Source: an uncultured Acidobacteriota bacterium
Lineage (GTDB): Bacteria; Acidobacteriota; Vicinamibacteria; Fen-336
Assembly (NCBI GenBank): GCA_963720545.1
Contig: OY970399.1
Location: forward strand, 2,688,001-2,752,000
Length of the DNA: 64,000 nt
Direction: 5' to 3'
Below, one piece after another: positions 55,171-64,000 of this stretch (within the stretch, counting starts at the first letter, position 1; each line of letters opens with the position of its first letter). The position numbers and the translations under genes were made by a program. Under the pieces are notes generated by a model. It saw only the letters and a list, made by a program, of their open reading frames with translations. It was not told the origin of the DNA and did not search any database.

Positions 55171-56558
55171 AGCCGTCGCTGCCGCCGAGCGACGCGCTGG
55201 TCTTCTTCGGCGCCACCGGCGACCTCGCGTACAAGAAGATCTTTCCGGCGCTCCTCGGCCTCGTCGGCCGCGGCCGGCTCACGGTGCCGGTGATCGGCGT
55301 GGCGCGCTCCAGCTGGAGCCGCGAGCAGCTCATCGAGCGGGCAAAGGCGAGCGTCACCGAAGCGGGCGTGTACGACGCGGCGAACTTCGCGAAGTTCGTG
55401 GCGCTGCTGCGCTACGTGGACGGCGACTACTCCGACGCCGCGACGTTCGTGAAGTTGAAGAACGAGCTGGGCGGCGCCGCGCGTCCGACGCATTACCTCG
55501 CGATCCCGCCGAGCATGTTCCCGACCGTGGTGCAGCTGCTGGCCGAGGCGAAGTGCACCGAGGGCGCGCGCGTCATCGTCGAGAAGCCGTTCGGCCGCGA
55601 CCTCGCGTCCGCGGTCGCGCTCAACAAGACGCTGCACCAGGCGTTCGCGGAAAAGGCGATCTTCCGCATCGACCACTACCTCGGCAAGGAGGCGGTGCAG
55701 AACATCCTCTACTTCCGCTTCGCCAACTCGTTCCTCGAGCCGGTCTGGAACCGCAACTACGTCGAGAACGTGCAGATCACGATGGCGGAGAATTTCGGCG
55801 TCGCCGGCCGCGGCAAGTTCTACGAGGAGACGGGCGTGGTCCGCGACGTCGTCCAGAACCACCTGCTGCAGGTGATCGGCTTTCTCGCCATGGAGTCGCC
55901 GTCGTCGTCCACCCCCGACGCGATCCGCTCCGAACAGTCGAAGGTGCTGCGCACCGTGCGGCCGCTCGACGCCGCGAACCTGGTGCTCGGGCAGTTCAAG
56001 GGCTACCGCGACGAGCCCGGCGTCGCGCCGGAGTCGCAGGTGCCGACCTACGCGGCGGTGCGCCTTTTCGTCGATTCGTGGCGCTGGCACGGCGTGCCGT
56101 TCTACATCCGTGCCGGCAAGTCGCTTCGGGCGAGCGTCACCGAGGTGATGGTGGAGCTGAAGGCGCCGCCGCCGGTGGTGTTCGACGAAGCGGCGCCGGC
56201 CGAGGGCAATTATGTCCGCTTCCGGCTTTCGCCCCAGGTGGTGATCGCCGTGGGCGCGCGGGCGAAGAAGCCGGGCGAGGGCATGGTGGGCGAGCCGGTG
56301 GAGCTGTCGGTCGTCGATGACGACACCGAGGCGGACGGAGGACATCGCGTCGATGCGTACGAACGGCTGCTGGGCGACGCCATGATGGGCGACCCGACAC
56401 TGTTCGCGCGCCAGGACACCGTCGAAGCCGCGTGGGCCGTGGTCGATCCGGTGCTGGCGGCGCCGCTGCCCGCATATCAATACGACCCGGGTTCGTGGGG
56501 ACCGCGCGAAGCCGACGCGCTCGCACGGGACGTCGGCGGCTGGAACACCCCGGCATGA
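55167..56558 (+). CDS. zwf: Glucose-6-phosphate 1-dehydrogenase
   Basis: [32 protein letters not shown] overlap with gnd. Confidence 0.95.
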   Translation: MKPSLPPSDALVFFGATGDLAYKKIFPALLGLVGRGRLTVPVIGVARSSWSREQLIERAKASVTEAGVYDAANFAKFVALLRYVDGDYSDAATFVKLKNELGGAARPTHYLAIPPSMFPTVVQLLAEAKCTEGARVIVEKPFGRDLASAVALNKTLHQAFAEKAIFRIDHYLGKEAVQNILYFRFANSFLEPVWNRNYVENVQITMAENFGVAGRGKFYEETGVVRDVVQNHLLQVIGFLAMESPSSSTPDAIRSEQSKVLRTVRPLDAANLVLGQFKGYRDEPGVAPESQVPTYAAVRLFVDSWRWHGVPFYIRAGKSLRASVTEVMVELKAPPPVVFDEAAPAEGNYVRFRLSPQVVIAVGARAKKPGEGMVGEPVELSVVDDDTEADGGHRVDAYERLLGDAMMGDPTLFARQDTVEAAWAVVDPVLAAPLPAYQYDPGSWGPREADALARDVGGWNTPA

Positions 56559-57241
56559 GCGCGGCCGCGCCCTTCACCCGGCTCTATCTCGTCCGCCACG
56601 GTGCCACGTCCCTCTCGGCCGAGAACCGCTTCGCCGGCGCCATCGGCGTCGATCTCTCCGACGAAGGCCGGGGCCAGGTCGAGCGCCTCGCCGCGCGTCT
56701 CACGGACCACTCGTTCGCGGCGGTCTACACGAGCCCGCTCGACCGTACCGTCGAGACGGCGCGGATCCTGGCGCGCCCGCACGCGCTCGAGTTGCAGAAG
56801 CGCGACGGCTTGCGCGAAATCAGCCACGGCCACTGGGAAGGACTGACGCGCGGCGAGGTCGAGAAGCAGTTCTGCGACGAATACACGGCGTGGGAAGAGG
56901 ATCCCTTCACCTTCGCTCCGGAGGGCGGCGAGTCGGGGGTGGCGGTTTTGGCGCGCGCCCTGCCGGTGATCCGCGAGATCGTGGTGGCCCATCCCGGCGA
57001 ACGGGTGCTGGTGGTCTCGCACAAGGCGACGCTGCGCCTGCTGATCTCGAGCCTCCTCGGCTTCGACGTGCGCGGCTACCGCGACCGCCTCGACCAGTCG
57101 CCGGCCTGCCTCAACGTGCTCGACTTCAAGGACGCGACGCGCGCCCGCCTGATGCTCTTCAACGATGTCTCCCACTACGCCTCGGTTCCGCGCCAGGCGA
57201 CGACGAACCTGTCGAAGTGGTGGGACAATCCTGTGCTCTGA
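56555..57241 (+). CDS. Histidine phosphatase (phosphoglycerate mutase-like) family protein
   Basis: [31 protein letters not shown] overlap with zwf. Confidence 0.88.
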   Translation: MSAAAPFTRLYLVRHGATSLSAENRFAGAIGVDLSDEGRGQVERLAARLTDHSFAAVYTSPLDRTVETARILARPHALELQKRDGLREISHGHWEGLTRGEVEKQFCDEYTAWEEDPFTFAPEGGESGVAVLARALPVIREIVVAHPGERVLVVSHKATLRLLISSLLGFDVRGYRDRLDQSPACLNVLDFKDATRARLMLFNDVSHYASVPRQATTNLSKWWDNPVL

Positions 57242-57262
57242 CCGAAGTTTCCTGGAGGAACC

Positions 57263-58060
57263 ATGCTTCTCGAGGGCAAGTGCGGCCTCGTCCTGGGTGT
57301 TGCGAACAAGCGCTCGATCGCGTGGGGAATCGCGCAGGCCGCGACCCGCGAAGGTGCGCGCCTGGCGCTCACCTTCCAGGGCGAGCGCCTGAAGGAGAAC
57401 GTCGAAACGCTGGCCGCCGGCCTCAAGGATCCGCTGGTGCTGCCGTGCGACGTCACCAGCGACAACGACCTCGACGCGCTCGCGGCAGCGGTCAAGGACG
57501 GCTTCGGCGGCGTCGACTTCGTGGTGCACGCCGTCGCCTTCGCGCTGCGCGAGGAGCTCGACGGCCTGTTCCTCGACACCTCGCGCGAGGGCTACCGCAT
57601 GGCGCAGGACATCTCCTCGTACTCGCTCACGGCGCTGGCAAGGCGCAGCGTGCCGCTCATGGAAGGGCGCGGCGGCAGCATCTTGACGCTCTCCTACCTG
57701 GGCGGTGAGCGGGTCGTGCCGCACTACAACGTCATGGGCGTCGCCAAGGCGGCGCTCGAGATGTCGGTGCGCTACCTCGCCGCCGACCTCGGGCCGAAGG
57801 GCATCCGCGTCAACGCGATCTCGGCCGGACCGATCCGCACGCTCGCGGCCTCGGGAGTGCACGGCTTCGGCAAGATGCTCGAGCACCACCGCAACCAGGC
57901 GCCACTGCGCAAGAACACCGAGCTCGACGAGGTCGGCGACGCCGGCCTGTTCCTGATCTCGCCGCTGTCGCGCGGCATCACCGGCGAAGTGCTCCACGTG
58001 GACGGCGGCTTCCACGTCATGGGCCTGTCGGCCGACCTGTTCCCGGCGCCGCAAGCTTAG
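57263..58060 (+). CDS. fabI: Enoyl-ACP reductase
   Basis: GVANKRSIAWGIA, YNVMGVAKAALE, SAGPIRTLAA. Confidence 0.95.
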   Translation: MLLEGKCGLVLGVANKRSIAWGIAQAATREGARLALTFQGERLKENVETLAAGLKDPLVLPCDVTSDNDLDALAAAVKDGFGGVDFVVHAVAFALREELDGLFLDTSREGYRMAQDISSYSLTALARRSVPLMEGRGGSILTLSYLGGERVVPHYNVMGVAKAALEMSVRYLAADLGPKGIRVNAISAGPIRTLAASGVHGFGKMLEHHRNQAPLRKNTELDEVGDAGLFLISPLSRGITGEVLHVDGGFHVMGLSADLFPAPQA

Positions 58061-58068
58061 GCAGCGCG

Positions 58069-58605
58069 CTGCGCCTCCTCGGCGTTTCCGGCAGCCTGCG
58101 GGCGCGTTCGTCGAACACCGCGGCGCTCAACGCCGCGGTGCGCCTGGCGCCCGCCGGCGTGACCGTCTCGGTCTACGACGCTCTCGGCACGCTGCCGCAC
58201 TTCAACCCTGACCTCGACGTCGAGGGCATGGCGCCGCCGAGCGCGGTCGGGGAACTGCGGGCGCGGATCCTGGAGGCTGGCGGCGTGCTGTTCTCGACGC
58301 CGGAATACGCGCACGGCCTGCCGGGCTCGCTGAAGAACGCGCTCGACTGGCTGGTCAGCGATCCCGGCTTCTACGGCAAGGCGATCGGCATCGTCAACAC
58401 TTCGCCGCACTCGCGCCATGCGCACGCAGCGCTCCTCGAGACGCTTGCGACCATGGGCACGCGGCTGGTCCCAGCGGCGGTGGTGGAACTGCCGATACGC
58501 GGCCGCCACCTGGACGCGGACGAGATTGCGGCCGATGCCGAGCTGTCGGCTGTGTTGCGCGCCGGCCTCGCCGCGCTGGTAGACGCGGCCAGTGGCCAGT
58601 CGTAG
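58069..58605 (+). CDS. NADPH-dependent FMN reductase; start codon uncertain
   Basis: In-frame LRLLGVSGSLRARSSN lies upstream of the called start (58138); TPEYAHGLPGSLKNALDW. Confidence 0.8.
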   Translation: MRLLGVSGSLRARSSNTAALNAAVRLAPAGVTVSVYDALGTLPHFNPDLDVEGMAPPSAVGELRARILEAGGVLFSTPEYAHGLPGSLKNALDWLVSDPGFYGKAIGIVNTSPHSRHAHAALLETLATMGTRLVPAAVVELPIRGRHLDADEIAADAELSAVLRAGLAALVDAASGQS

Positions 58606-58656
58606 CGCCGTCTTCGCTACCGGCCGCTGCGCGGCCGCTGCTAACCTCGGACCAGA

Positions 58657-61176
58657 GTGAAGCGTTTCCTGGGAGCGGCGGTCCTCGCCGTGTCGATGAC
58701 GGCCGCCGGCATGGCGCGTGTGTCCGCGCAGGAGCCCGCACCGCAGGCAACACCATCGCCGCAAGTGTCGCCGCCACCATCGCCTGAGGCTTCGCCGTCG
58801 CCGGTTCCCGAGCAATCGCCATCGCCTTCGCCGTCTCCCGGCGAATCGCCCTCGCCATTGCCATCTCCGGGGGAGTCGCCATCGCCAGCGCCGTCTCCCG
58901 GCCAATCGCCGTCGCCCGCGCCCGCGCCCACGCCGACACCGCTGCCGGCAGTGGCGCCGCCGCCCGCGCTCGAGGCGGGCAACCTCCGCGTGAAGGCGGA
59001 CCAACAGGACCACGAGGAAGGCCATTCCTGGTTCCGCGGCTCCTGTGACCTGCAGTTCGGCGACATGCGCATCAACGCCGACCAGTTCGACTTCTACATT
59101 CAGGCGCAACCCGACGGCACCGAGACGCGGCGCCTGGTGGCGACCGGCAACGTGGTCTTCATGCAGGGCGACGAACGCCTTGCCGGCACCGCGCTCGACA
59201 TGGACCTGAACACCGGCAAGGGCACGTTCGACCATCCGTACGGTTACGTAACGCCCGGGCTCCTCATCGAAGGCAAGACGCTGAAGCGCCTCGACCCGAT
59301 GACCTACTGGGTCGACGACCCGACCTTCACGTCCTGCTTCCAGCCGAACCCGCGCTGGTCGTTCCGCGCGTCCTCGGCGAAGATCAAGGTCGGCAAGAAG
59401 ATCACCGCGTTCAACACGCTGATGCGCGTCAAGTCGGTGCCGACGCCGGTGTTCTTCCCGTACTTCTCCTATCCGATCAGCCGCGACGGGCGCGGCACCG
59501 GCCTGCTGTTCCCGAAGTTCGGCTTCGGCGCCAACAAGGGCTTCGAGGTGGGCCTCGGCTTCTTCTGGGCGATGGGCAGAAGCGTCGACCAGACGTTCCT
59601 GTTCGACAACTACTCGGCGATCGGCTACGGCTTCGGCCACGAGTTCCGTTACGTCGGCCAGTCGGCGTCGCGCGGCGTGTTCAACACCTACTTCTTCAAC
59701 CAGAAGCAGGACTACCTGAACCGCCCGGCGCCGGGGAAGTGGGACTACGACATCGAGGCGAACGCGAACCAGCTGCTGCCGGGCAACGTCCGCTTCAACC
59801 TGCGCAGCCGCGAATACAGCAGCCTCGGCTTCCAGCAGCGCTTCCAGGAAAGCGTCAACATCGCGACCAACCGCAACCGCTATACGCAGCTGACGCTGTC
59901 GCGCGGCTTCGGCGGGGCGAACCTGAGCGCGGTGTACGACCGCAGCCAGACGTTCTACGGCGAGACCCGCTACGTGATCCGCCGCCACGTGCCGACCGTC
60001 CGGCTGCGCCAGGGCAACATCAAGTTCGGCAAGACCGGCATCGTCGGCAACTACGAGGTGAAGGGCGAGGGCCTCGAGAACGGCGAAATCTCGCAGCGCA
60101 TCGACACCGTGGTCGACTACAACCGCTTCGACGTCAACCCGGAGATCTCGCGCCCGACGAGCCTGTCGTTCCTGCAGCTGACGCCGCGCTTCCGCTATCG
60201 CGCCACCCGCTACAGCGCCAGCTACGGCGACGACCCCGCCACCGAGGACGTCGAGACCGACTTCTTCCTCAGGAACACGCCGATCGACCGCCGCTACTGG
60301 GAGTTCTCGACCGAGCTGCGCGGCCCCAACTTCTCCAGGGTGTTTGGCGGCATCGGCTCGTACAGCGACAAGATCAAGCACGTGATCGGTCCGGAGTTCA
60401 CTTACCAGTACCGGCCCGGCGGCGACATCGACCCGGTCGCGATCCCGCGCTTCGACGGCGACGACTACACCGTCGGCACCAACCAGATCACCTACGGCAT
60501 CTACCAGACGCTGCTCGCCAAGCGGCCAAGCCCGAGCGGCAAGCGCGTGCCCTACGAGTTCCTGTCGTGGCGCCTCCTGCAGACCTACTACGGCGACATC
60601 AGCCAGGGCGCGCAGAACAACGACCCGAGCTACGTGTCGAGCCCCTATGGCACGACGCCCGAGGGCAAGGTCATCCATACCTCGCCGATCCAGTCGCGCA
60701 TCCGCTTCCGGCCGGTGCCCTCGACCTCGACCGACTTCAGCGTCGAGTACGATCCCAACTTCAAGGCCTACAAGAGCATCCGCCTGTCGCAGTCGTTCGG
60801 CATCAACCGCTTCAACTTCGACGTCGGCTTCTACAAGAACAGCAACCTCAGGCTGATCGCCGAAGACCCCACCTCGGGCATCGGCGTCTATCGCAGCGGC
60901 ACCGCGCGCGCCTCGCTCACGCTCATTCCCAACAAGCTGGTGGTAGACGCGCGCGCCGACTACGACTTCCAGCAGAAGCGCCTGTTCAACGCCATCGCCA
61001 ACTTCAAGTACAACGTCCAGTGCTGCGGCATCGGCGTGCAGATGTACCAGAAGGGCCTGCTCGGCCCCGACGGCCAGGAAACCTGGGGCTTCAAGTTCAA
61101 CATCGAGCTCGCGAACATCTCCGGCCTCGGCGGCAACGGCGACCGCGGCGGCTCGCTGACGCGCCGCAACTACTGA
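58657..61176 (+). CDS. lptD: LptD-like LPS-assembly outer-membrane protein with Pro/Ser-rich N-terminal linker
   Basis: Signal peptide; OstA-like region (ATGNVVF), FTSC..P.PRW, GLLFP; beta-barrel; C-terminal QCCG. Confidence 0.8.
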   Translation: MKRFLGAAVLAVSMTAAGMARVSAQEPAPQATPSPQVSPPPSPEASPSPVPEQSPSPSPSPGESPSPLPSPGESPSPAPSPGQSPSPAPAPTPTPLPAVAPPPALEAGNLRVKADQQDHEEGHSWFRGSCDLQFGDMRINADQFDFYIQAQPDGTETRRLVATGNVVFMQGDERLAGTALDMDLNTGKGTFDHPYGYVTPGLLIEGKTLKRLDPMTYWVDDPTFTSCFQPNPRWSFRASSAKIKVGKKITAFNTLMRVKSVPTPVFFPYFSYPISRDGRGTGLLFPKFGFGANKGFEVGLGFFWAMGRSVDQTFLFDNYSAIGYGFGHEFRYVGQSASRGVFNTYFFNQKQDYLNRPAPGKWDYDIEANANQLLPGNVRFNLRSREYSSLGFQQRFQESVNIATNRNRYTQLTLSRGFGGANLSAVYDRSQTFYGETRYVIRRHVPTVRLRQGNIKFGKTGIVGNYEVKGEGLENGEISQRIDTVVDYNRFDVNPEISRPTSLSFLQLTPRFRYRATRYSASYGDDPATEDVETDFFLRNTPIDRRYWEFSTELRGPNFSRVFGGIGSYSDKIKHVIGPEFTYQYRPGGDIDPVAIPRFDGDDYTVGTNQITYGIYQTLLAKRPSPSGKRVPYEFLSWRLLQTYYGDISQGAQNNDPSYVSSPYGTTPEGKVIHTSPIQSRIRFRPVPSTSTDFSVEYDPNFKAYKSIRLSQSFGINRFNFDVGFYKNSNLRLIAEDPTSGIGVYRSGTARASLTLIPNKLVVDARADYDFQQKRLFNAIANFKYNVQCCGIGVQMYQKGLLGPDGQETWGFKFNIELANISGLGGNGDRGGSLTRRNY
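58735..58945 (+). repeat. Coding low-complexity repeat (PSPSPGES/QS)n
   Basis: Repeated tcgccgtc/tcgccatc units encoding SPSP. Confidence 0.7.
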
Positions 61177-61208
61177 CCAGGCGCAGCGTTAAGATCCCGG
61201 TCAACAAG

Positions 61209-62171
61209 ATGCGCGTATTGGTCACCGGCGCGTCCGGATTCGTCGGCCGGCACCTGGTCGAGACGCTGGCGCACGAGCGCGGCGAGGCGGCGGTCGCGGG
61301 CCTGGTGCGTCCGGGCACCGCGGCCGAGGGGCGCATCGAGACGATTCCCTGCGACCTCGACGACCAGTCGGCGGTGCTGCGCGCGCTGGAGCGCGCCCGC
61401 CCCGAACAGGTGGTGCATCTCGCGGCGCAATCGAGCCCGCGCCTCTCCTTCGAGGATCCCGAAGGCACGCTGCGCACCAACGTCTTCGGGCTGCTGCACA
61501 TTCTCGAAGCCGTGCGGCGGCTGGCGCTGCGGCCGCGCATCCTGGTGATCGGCAGCGCCGAGGAATACGGCGCCGTGGACGCGCAGGCCGGCCCGGTCGG
61601 CGAGGACGCGCCGCTTCGGCCGCGCTCTCCCTACGCCGCGAGCAAGGTGGCGCAGGCGGTGCTGGCGCGCCAGTATGCCGCGAGCCACGGCATCGACGTG
61701 GTCCTCACCCGCACCTTCAACCACACCGGCCCGGGCCGCGGCGAAGACTTCGCCGAGAGCTCGTTCGCGCGCCAGATCGCGCGCGTCGAGGCGGGCGCGC
61801 AGCCGCCGGTGCTGGCGGTCGGCAACCTCGACACCGTGCGCGACTTCACCGACGTGCGCGACGTCTGCCGCGCCTACGCGGCGCTGCTCGAGCGCGGCGT
61901 TTCAGGCGAGACCTACAACGTCTGCTCCGGGACCGGCGTGCGCATCGGCGCCATCCTCGACGAGCTGCTGAGCCTGGCGGCGGTGCGCCCCGACGTGCGC
62001 GTGGACGCGGCGCGCCTGCGCGCCTCCGACAATCCGGTGGTCGTCGGCAATCCGGCGAAGCTGCGCGCCGCGACCGCCTGGCAGCCGCAACTGCCGCTGC
62101 GCCGCACGCTCGCCGACCTGCTCGCTTACTGGCGCGAGCGCACCGGCTCGCCCGAGGCGGTTGCGCCTTGA
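61209..62171 (+). CDS. GDP-mannose dehydratase / GDP-4-keto-6-deoxymannose reductase (Rmd-like) SDR
   Basis: TGASGFVG, HLAAQS, SPYAASK, FNHTGPG, VGNLDTVRDFTDVRD. Confidence 0.85.
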   Translation: MRVLVTGASGFVGRHLVETLAHERGEAAVAGLVRPGTAAEGRIETIPCDLDDQSAVLRALERARPEQVVHLAAQSSPRLSFEDPEGTLRTNVFGLLHILEAVRRLALRPRILVIGSAEEYGAVDAQAGPVGEDAPLRPRSPYAASKVAQAVLARQYAASHGIDVVLTRTFNHTGPGRGEDFAESSFARQIARVEAGAQPPVLAVGNLDTVRDFTDVRDVCRAYAALLERGVSGETYNVCSGTGVRIGAILDELLSLAAVRPDVRVDAARLRASDNPVVVGNPAKLRAATAWQPQLPLRRTLADLLAYWRERTGSPEAVAP

Positions 62172-63154
62172 AGGTGCTGCTGACCGGCGGCACCGGCTTC
62201 CTCGGCAAGAACGTCGCGCGTGCCCTGGCCGCCGCCGGCTACGAACTGCGGCTGCTGGTGCGCGCCAACAGCAACCGCAGCCTGCTGCCGGAGAACGCCG
62301 AGTTCGTGAACGGCGACGTCACCGACGCCGGGTCGCTGCTGCGCGCGGCCCAGGGCTGCGGCGCGGTGCTGCACATGGCGGCGCTGGTGAAGATGTGGGA
62401 TCCGCAGCCGCGGCGCTTCGACGAGTGCAACATCGGCGGCTTGTGGAACGCCGTCGACGCGGCCCGCCAGGCCGGCGCGCGCCTCGTCTACACGTCGTCC
62501 TTCATCGCGGTCGGCCCCACCGGCACCGAGCCGGCCGACGAGTCTCAGGTGCATCCCGGCAGCGGCTACCGCAACGCATACGAACGCACCAAGGCGATCG
62601 CCGACAAGGTGGCGCGCGACGCGGCCAGCAGGGGCGCCGACATCGTCATGGTCTATCCCGGCGTCGTCTACGGACCAGGCGAAGTGACGGACGCCAACAT
62701 CGTGGTGAAGATGATCGTCGACCACATGCACGGCCGCTTCGCCGGCATCGTCGGCCCGGGCGACCGGTTGTGGTCCTACGCCTACGTCGACGACGTGGCC
62801 CGCGGCCACGTGCTGGCGCTCGAGAAGGGTCGCGCCGGCGAGCGCTACTTCCTGTGCGGCGAGAACGTCACCATGACCGGCCTGTTCGAAACGCTGCGCG
62901 AGCTGACCGGCGTGGCGCCGCCCACGCGCCACATCCCGTACGCGGTCGCGACGGCGCTGGGCGCTCTGCTCTACGGCTGGGCCGAGATGACCGGGCGTCC
63001 GCCGATCCTCACGCACGAAGTGGTCGGCGTCTTCAAGGAGCACTGGGCGTATGCCAGCGCCAAGGCCGGGCGCGAACTCGGCTACGCACCCGTGCCGCTG
63101 CGGGAAGGACTCGAACGCACGCTTGGGTGGCTCAGGCGCGAGGCGCTCGCCTGA
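62168..63154 (+). CDS. NAD-dependent epimerase/dehydratase (HpnA/DFR-like)
   Basis: TGGTGFLG, YERTK, PGVVYGPG, VDDVARGH. Confidence 0.85.
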   Translation: MKVLLTGGTGFLGKNVARALAAAGYELRLLVRANSNRSLLPENAEFVNGDVTDAGSLLRAAQGCGAVLHMAALVKMWDPQPRRFDECNIGGLWNAVDAARQAGARLVYTSSFIAVGPTGTEPADESQVHPGSGYRNAYERTKAIADKVARDAASRGADIVMVYPGVVYGPGEVTDANIVVKMIVDHMHGRFAGIVGPGDRLWSYAYVDDVARGHVLALEKGRAGERYFLCGENVTMTGLFETLRELTGVAPPTRHIPYAVATALGALLYGWAEMTGRPPILTHEVVGVFKEHWAYASAKAGRELGYAPVPLREGLERTLGWLRREALA

Positions 63155-64000
63155 GGGTCCCGCCCTCGGAAGCGGCCCGCAAGCTCATTCACATCGCGGC
63201 GGGCGGCTTCGCGTTCCTGCTGCGCGACCTCACCTGGGCACAGGCGATCGCACTGGGCGCCGCGGCCTGCGTGTTCAACGCCGCCGTCCTGCCGCGCATC
63301 GGCGGCAAGGGACTGTGGCGCGGCAGCGAGCTGGCGCGCGGCGCGGCGCCGGGAATCCTGTTCTATCCGCTCGCCGTGCTCGGGGTGGTGCTGCTGTTCC
63401 CCGACGAACCGTGGATTGCCGCCGCGGTGTGGGGGATCCTCGCGTTCGGCGACGGCACGGCATCGCTCCTCGGCCAGGCGCTTGGCGGCGCGAAGCTGCC
63501 GTGGAACGAACGCAAGAGCTGGTCGGGATTCCTTGCGTTCATCGTCTTCGGCACCCTCGGCTCGGCCTGCCTCGCGGCATGGACGCAGCGCCTGCCGCTC
63601 GTGGACGCCTGGCACACGGGGCTCGGCGTGCTGATGTTGCTGGTGGTCGTCGCCTGCGCCCTGGTCGAGACGCTGCCCACGACCCTCGACGACAACATCA
63701 CCGTGCCGGTCGTCGGCGCGTCGCTGCTGGCGCTCTTCGGCGGCGTTTCTTTCGAGGAGTACCTCGCGCAGCCCTACCTGCTGCCGCACCTCCTGCAGGG
63801 CCTGGTGGTGAACGGCGTGTTCGCGCTCGCGGCAAAGCGCGCCGGTTCGATCGACTGGCCGGGCGCTGTTTCGGCGGTGATCGTCGGCACGCTCATCACC
63901 ATCGGGCTCGGGCTCCCCGGCCTGCTGGTGATGATCGCGTTCTTCGTCATCGGCTCGGCGGTGACGCGGCTCGGCTACCGCATCAAGGCAGCGCGCGGCA
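63151..64000 (+). CDS. Membrane protein with a dolichol/phytol-kinase-like (SEC59/VTE5) domain, probably followed by DUF92; truncated
   Basis: Translated by hand: EAARKLIHI, ILAFGDGTASLLG, LPWNERKSWSG, ETLPTTLDDNITVP, FFVIGSAVTR. Only a CTG (CTGA overlap) is available as start. Confidence 0.75.
   Translation, partial: MRVPPSEAARKLIHIAAGGFAFLLRDLTWAQAIALGAAACVFNAAVLPRIGGKGLWRGSELARGAAPGILFYPLAVLGVVLLFPDEPWIAAAVWGILAFGDGTASLLGQALGGAKLPWNERKSWSGFLAFIVFGTLGSACLAAWTQRLPLVDAWHTGLGVLMLLVVVACALVETLPTTLDDNITVPVVGASLLALFGGVSFEEYLAQPYLLPHLLQGLVVNGVFALAAKRAGSIDWPGAVSAVIVGTLITIGLGLPGLLVMIAFFVIGSAVTRLGYRIKAARG

Noticed and set aside
51699..56558. 1619-aa ORF suggesting a giant Zwf fusion; likewise the long N-terminal extensions on ppk1, pstA, PLD, phoR, eamA and the Rmd-like ORFs
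   Set aside because: The extensions are off-frame read-through across upstream genes; the real starts are at the 4-nt overlaps or RBS-supported codons.
58735..58945. Repetitive DNA and the GDG-repeat antisense ORF 58641..59075
   Set aside because: This is simply the Pro/Ser linker of the LptD-like protein read on the other strand.

Overview
GC-rich bacterial chromosomal window, densely coding. Gene content tentatively suggests an Acidobacteriota-like, free-living diderm (inference). I recognised no rRNA, tRNA, CRISPR array or mobile element. About 42 kb is dominated by phosphate biology: an OprO/P-type porin, pstSCAB-phoU, a PhoB-like regulator, sixA, ppx-ppk1, pit-DUF47 and phoR-phoB. Interleaved are a pullulanase and a persulfide dioxygenase/rhodanese + NrfD/molybdoenzyme module. 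The remainder holds ispH, a pentose-phosphate cluster, fabI, lptD and sugar-nucleotide enzymes. The best candidate for an undescribed system is 1-12503, divergent from the porin/pst operon. It encodes two exported atypical kinase-fold proteins, two exported purple-acid-phosphatase-type enzymes, two NTT (ATP/ADP translocase) family carriers (one fused to HEAT repeats, next to a tandem cNMP-domain protein), a PLD-fold enzyme and DUF4956. This looks like an extracytoplasmic phosphorylation/dephosphorylation circuit supplied with nucleotide by dedicated carriers (hypothesis). Several single-base frameshifts (about 5360 and 12.6-15.2 kb) are probably assembly errors.
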